A program made the translations under genes and the position numbers. A DNA stretch of 64,000 nucleotides from assembly GCF_009914755.1 (NCBI RefSeq), contig NC_060926.1. One strand, written 5' to 3'. The notes below the pieces were generated by a model. That model saw nothing but the letters and a program-made list of their open reading frames with translations, searched no databases and was not told where the DNA came from. Positions 59,343 through 64,000 of this stretch are shown here, piece by piece. The DNA comes from the human T2T-CHM13v2.0 reference genome, Homo sapiens. How positions within the stretch are numbered: the stretch's first letter is position 1; every line of letters begins with the position of its first letter.

Positions 59343-61054
59343 AAACAGCAGCCTATGCTGTGGCCAGAAGAGGAGTCAGCATGGTGATTCCTTGATGAGA
59401 GAGCTGTTGGGTCTCCGGGTCCTTGCCCCTGGTCTCCTCTGCCTACGTCACACCCTGATCCCTGTGGCTCCACGGGTTCATCAGGACAGTGTTCACCACC
59501 TCCTCCTACAACCACACCAGTCCACCCTTTCCAATTCTCTCCCCTTCCCAGGAGTGGCTACTGGAAAATGAATTTTACTTGGCACCGAAAGAGAAAGTGC
59601 CCAGTTGAAAAAGGAGGAAGTGAGCTCAGGGCTGAGGTTGGATGAAAGAACATCATAACTTTATAATTTTGCTCTTGCTGGATCAGAGTGGTTGTGTGGT
59701 TTGCTCCCTGCTCAGTAGGTAGATGGTAGAAATGCACTGTCCTGAATGGAGAATGGTGACAATGGGGCCATGAAACAAATAGCAAGCTTCCGGTAAAGCC
59801 TTCTCTGCAAGACAATTTTATCAAACTATTAAGATATCACAGGAGAGAGAGAAAGAGACATCGAGAGAGAGAGAATGTGAACAAAAGTACTGGGCAGAGA
59901 CAGTCCCAATGCAACACAGTAAACACTTTCTAGAAAACTTTGTTTCCTGTACATACAACCCAGTCAGGGTAGTTTTTATTCCCAGTCTTCCTCTTTTCTA
60001 AGTAAGAAGAAAGTCACCTTCTTGATGTTTTCCTCCAAATGTTAGCACTTAATGGTGTTGGTATGCCAAGAAGACTAGAGGAAGGCACACTCCCAAGTAG
60101 CTTCAGGATGTCTGAGGAAATAAATAAATAAATAAATGGCAAATCTAAGCAAGTGAGAGAAAAAAAAAGTACCTAAAGAAATGAAAGTAACCCTAAGAGA
60201 GGAACCAGAACTGTTATACGTGGAGAAGGAAGAGGTAGCCTAGGGCTCCAAGCAAACTTGAAGGCAGGTACAGTGCTAACCAGCCTGAAATTTCTCACCC
60301 AAAGGTTTATTCCTTTCTTGAAATTTCTATCACTAGTATCAGTTTGGAGGTTAAAACTCCTTTAAACTCAATGAAAAAGAACTCACGCATTGCACATTAC
60401 TCGTCATCCTGTATGTAAACACAGAGTAGTCATCATGACATATTCAAATTGCTTCCCACATTACTTTCCTTAATATTCTGCACTGCCACTTTAGTTATTA
60501 CTGCTGCAGCTACATTAGCTAAATTGGGCAGTCGAAATGCAACACCTTGACCACCTCCCCAAAAAATAAACTACCATTCACTCTCTTCACATTCAGTAAT
60601 GACTTGCAATGTCCTTTTCCCTTTCTCTGCTCACAACTCTGCCAACAGCATTTCTTAATGCAAACAGTAAAAACTGAATTACAAGCGTGATCCAATTTTA
60701 CTTGACATAATTAGTGGATTAGACATCAGAGAAAATCCACTTATTTTCATCCTGCTTTCCACCTCCCCCGCCACTCCACACTTAGCAATAAAGGTTCCAA
60801 GAGTACAAAGTGAGAAAGAGTTTTATTCTAAAGGACACTTACAGCTATCAAATTAGTTTCTAAATGACTCCAAGTATGACCCTTTCTCCGTCGGATTTTT
60901 TTTCTAAGAAAGCAAAGATGAGGATCTGAACTACAGGTCCTGAGTCAAAAGTCAATAACTGAAGGCTGCAAAATTTTGGCACGAGATTTTGGAACAAACT
61001 CTTGGTAACCGCAACAACAGCAACAAAAACAAAACCACTCAGGTTTGTCTCAGC

Positions 61055-61250
61055 TTGGCTTCTGGTGTCAGAGCGCTTTGGGTTTGATTCTTGGCTCTGC
61101 CAGCTACGTAATCTTGGTCAGGTCACTTGACTTTTCTGTATCTATTACCTTATCTCTAAAACAGGCATGGTTGTGAAGTTAAATGGGATAATGCCTCTAA
61201 AGTCCTCAGAACAGTGTCTGACATTGAGCAAAGGTCAAAATGGGTTGCAT
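61055..61250 (+). mobile_element. MIR SINE
   Basis: gggtttgattcttggctctgcca...atcttggtcaggtcacttgac...ggttgtgaagttaaatgggataatg. Confidence 0.75.
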
Positions 61251-61689
61251 TAATGCACTATGCCTACAGCCCAGCACAAGTTCAGCCCATCCCACACATG
61301 CAGCAGGGATCGGGGATCAGGACTGTGAGAAAGGCCGGGACCCAACTGGTGCAGCTCAGGTGGTTCATGAGCACGCGGTCCATCCACCCAGCCCTGCTTT
61401 GTCAGTGACTCTTCTGATTATTGCCACAAATAGATGCCAAAAGTGGCTCATTCCGATATGGCAAAGACTTTGCTGAAAAAACAAAGAGAAGCCACTTAAT
61501 GCCTATGGACACAATGCAGAGCAGAAGCAAGAGCAGTGGGGAGGGTGAGAACAGGGAGAGACACAAACTTCTCAAATTTGCTCCTTTATCTCTTTCCTCC
61601 CAAATGTCTATGTCAGAGTGAATGAAAATGTCAGCTGTTGAGTTGACAGGCACTCCTGTCACCAAAAAGCAACAAAGGTTGGGTAGCTC

Positions 61690-61910
61690 TCCTGTTACCT
61701 AGACATCATAGTATGATTGCTGTCATAATAAGTGCATTTTCTCATGTCAGGACAACCCTTTGAGTACCAATATTACTCTTGCCTTACAAATGAAGAAACT
61801 GAAGTTCAGAGAACTTGGGTTAATGTCCAAGGTTGCACATCTTTCAAGTGACAGAATAGGAACTGAAAACACAAATCTGTTAGCTTCAGAGCACATACTC
61901 CTCACTATGA
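61690..61910 (-). mobile_element. MIR SINE
   Basis: ttacaaatgaagaaactgaagttcagaga...tgtccaaggttgcaca. Confidence 0.75.
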
Positions 61911-61966
61911 GGCCATGTCTCTTCAACTCTCTGAAGGTTGGGATAGGCATCAAGAATGGGATTTGG

Positions 61967-62267
<301 letters not shown>

Positions 62268-62969
62268 AAGAATGGGATTTGAAAAGTTGGAGCTGACTGA
62301 GCAGTGGGTAGTGCCTCCATCAGTTCTGCAAGGAAGGGCCAGAGACCCCAGGATAGAGTGTAATAAGAAGTGCCACCCAGGTAAAACAGAGAGGATTTCT
62401 TTCCAGTGAACTCAAGAATCTGTTTCAAAAACACTGTGAATGGATGTCATACCTCAGCTCAAACCAGTCCCTTCTCTGCCAAAACAAGCACAAACAGCAG
62501 TGCCTTCATTCAGCTTGACCTTGGGTTCAGCATAGGGTAGACACTTGGAAAATGGGTGACAAGGTAAATTGCTAGAATGGAATTTTTTCTGTATAATCCT
62601 TTTCAACAAATGCTCTTTGCCTACATGAGACACCATGCTCAGTGCTGCAGGGGTATGTAGGTCTGAGACACCATTCCTTACTTCAGAAAGCTTACAGTCT
62701 AGTGAGACTCCATGGCAGAATGTTGAGTTTCCCGAAATACAAGCTTGGAGGAGGATGCAATCTGCTGAAGTTAGGGAGATGCCTAACAGATTGGATGGGA
62801 GTGGTGGCACTTGGTAATGGTCAGCAAAGATGTCAAGGCTCTTGGCTCCTTTCTGTATACTAACAGCCAGCCCTTAAAGGCAAGTAGGGTGTCAACAACA
62901 CAAAGTGACAGCAGTGTTCTAAGCAGAGAGAATACCATGTTTAAAGAAACAAACAAACAATCCCAGGAA

Positions 62970-63172
62970 ACACAGCAAGACCCTATCCCTACAAATATAA
63001 TAAATAAAGATTAGCCAGGCATGGTGGCACATGCTTGTAGTCCCAGATACTCAGGAGGCTGAGGCAGGAAGATTACCTGAGTCCAGGAGATTTGAGGCTG
63101 CAGTGAGCCATGACCACACCACTGAACTCCAGCCTGTGACAAATCAACACTCTATATCTAAAAAAGAAGAAA
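62970..63172 (+). mobile_element. 5'-truncated AluJ
   Basis: End of the left arm, linker, then right arm ttagccaggcatggtggcacatgc...tttgaggctgcagtgagccatga. Confidence 0.88.
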
Positions 63173-63402
63173 CCGAACAGAATCTCATAAAGGAAACTTC
63201 TGACCATTGAAAACAGAGATTGGAAGAAATTTAGGAAGTGTTTTACCAGCATTGGCTCCAGGAAACACATCCGTACAGACTGACAGATATTTCTGGACCT
63301 TGCTTTGATCCAAAATGTACCAGTCTTCTCATCTTATTTTTTGTTTCTTTGGGTGGCATCCTTACTGGGAAGAGAGAGTTCTTGTAAATATTAAATTGCC
63401 TT

Positions 63403-63590
63403 TGTAAGAACATGAGCTTTGAAATCAGACAGACGTTGGCTCAAATCCACCCTCCCCACTTACCAGCTCTCTAACCTCTCTACATCTCAGGCTGTCCCTT
63501 CTGGGAGATGAGGTTGTTATAAGGAATAATAAAACTGCCTGCAAATGCCTAACACTGACACGGCACAAAGCAGGGGGTTGGAAAGTGTTC
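63403..63590 (+). mobile_element. MIR SINE
   Basis: taagaacatgagctttgaaatcagacagac...ggctcaaatcc...cacttaccagct. Confidence 0.75.
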
Positions 63591-64000
63591 ATTCTCCAGT
63601 TGTTCTGCTAATAATGGGTTTCTCTGCATTTTAGCCAGGCAGAAGTTTTTTCCCAGGACCTGGGTTTGAGACCTAGAATTATGGGAGAACTCATCTCAAG
63701 TTAATTAGAGGAAATGAAACTCAAAATCTTTGGTCTATACGTTATATTACCCGCTTTTCTCATTCCTCGAGAAATGCACCTAACTCTACACATGTGAAGC
63801 TGAGAAAGGAAAAATTATCAGAGAAAGTGGTTCCAGCAAATCTGATTTGCTGGAAGAAAACTACATCTTCCTTCTTTAATAATAGAGCAAAAATTTAACA
63901 AAGATTTTTTTCAAATACAATCAATATTACTATTAAGAAAGTTACCATTCAAATAAACAAACAAAAAAGATGACTTGACTGACACTTTTAAGTTGATTCA

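Noticed and set aside
61421-61621. Possible coding exon (DAKSGSFRYGKDFAEK...) with AG and GTGAG ends
   Set aside because: Weak acceptor, no recognisable protein family and no partner exons.

Overview
Primate non-coding DNA (intergenic or deep intronic), most likely human or another African great ape. No host protein-coding exon, RNA gene or CRISPR array can be supported. Most of the window is interspersed repeat: two full-length ~6.03 kb, same-strand, inactivated L1PA2/L1PA3-type LINE-1s with perfect target-site duplications (8382-14408, 34453-40483); an ancient two-LTR ERVL provirus (LTR16/HERV16-like, minus strand, ~18342-26507) with recognisable RT, RNase H and dUTPase relics and a complete THE1 nested in its RT region; seven Alus; and many MIR, L2, old L1M, MLT and MER fragments plus microsatellites. 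I do not see a new biological system. The most notable observations are (1) a ~158-bp inverted local copy that was inserted into an L2 and later split by the second L1, and (2) apparently non-consensus changes shared by both L1s, including a stop-loss and a 1-nt deletion that reshape the antisense ORF0 frame. Subfamily names and consensus comparisons are from memory, not from a run alignment; boundaries of old repeats are approximate (tens of bp).
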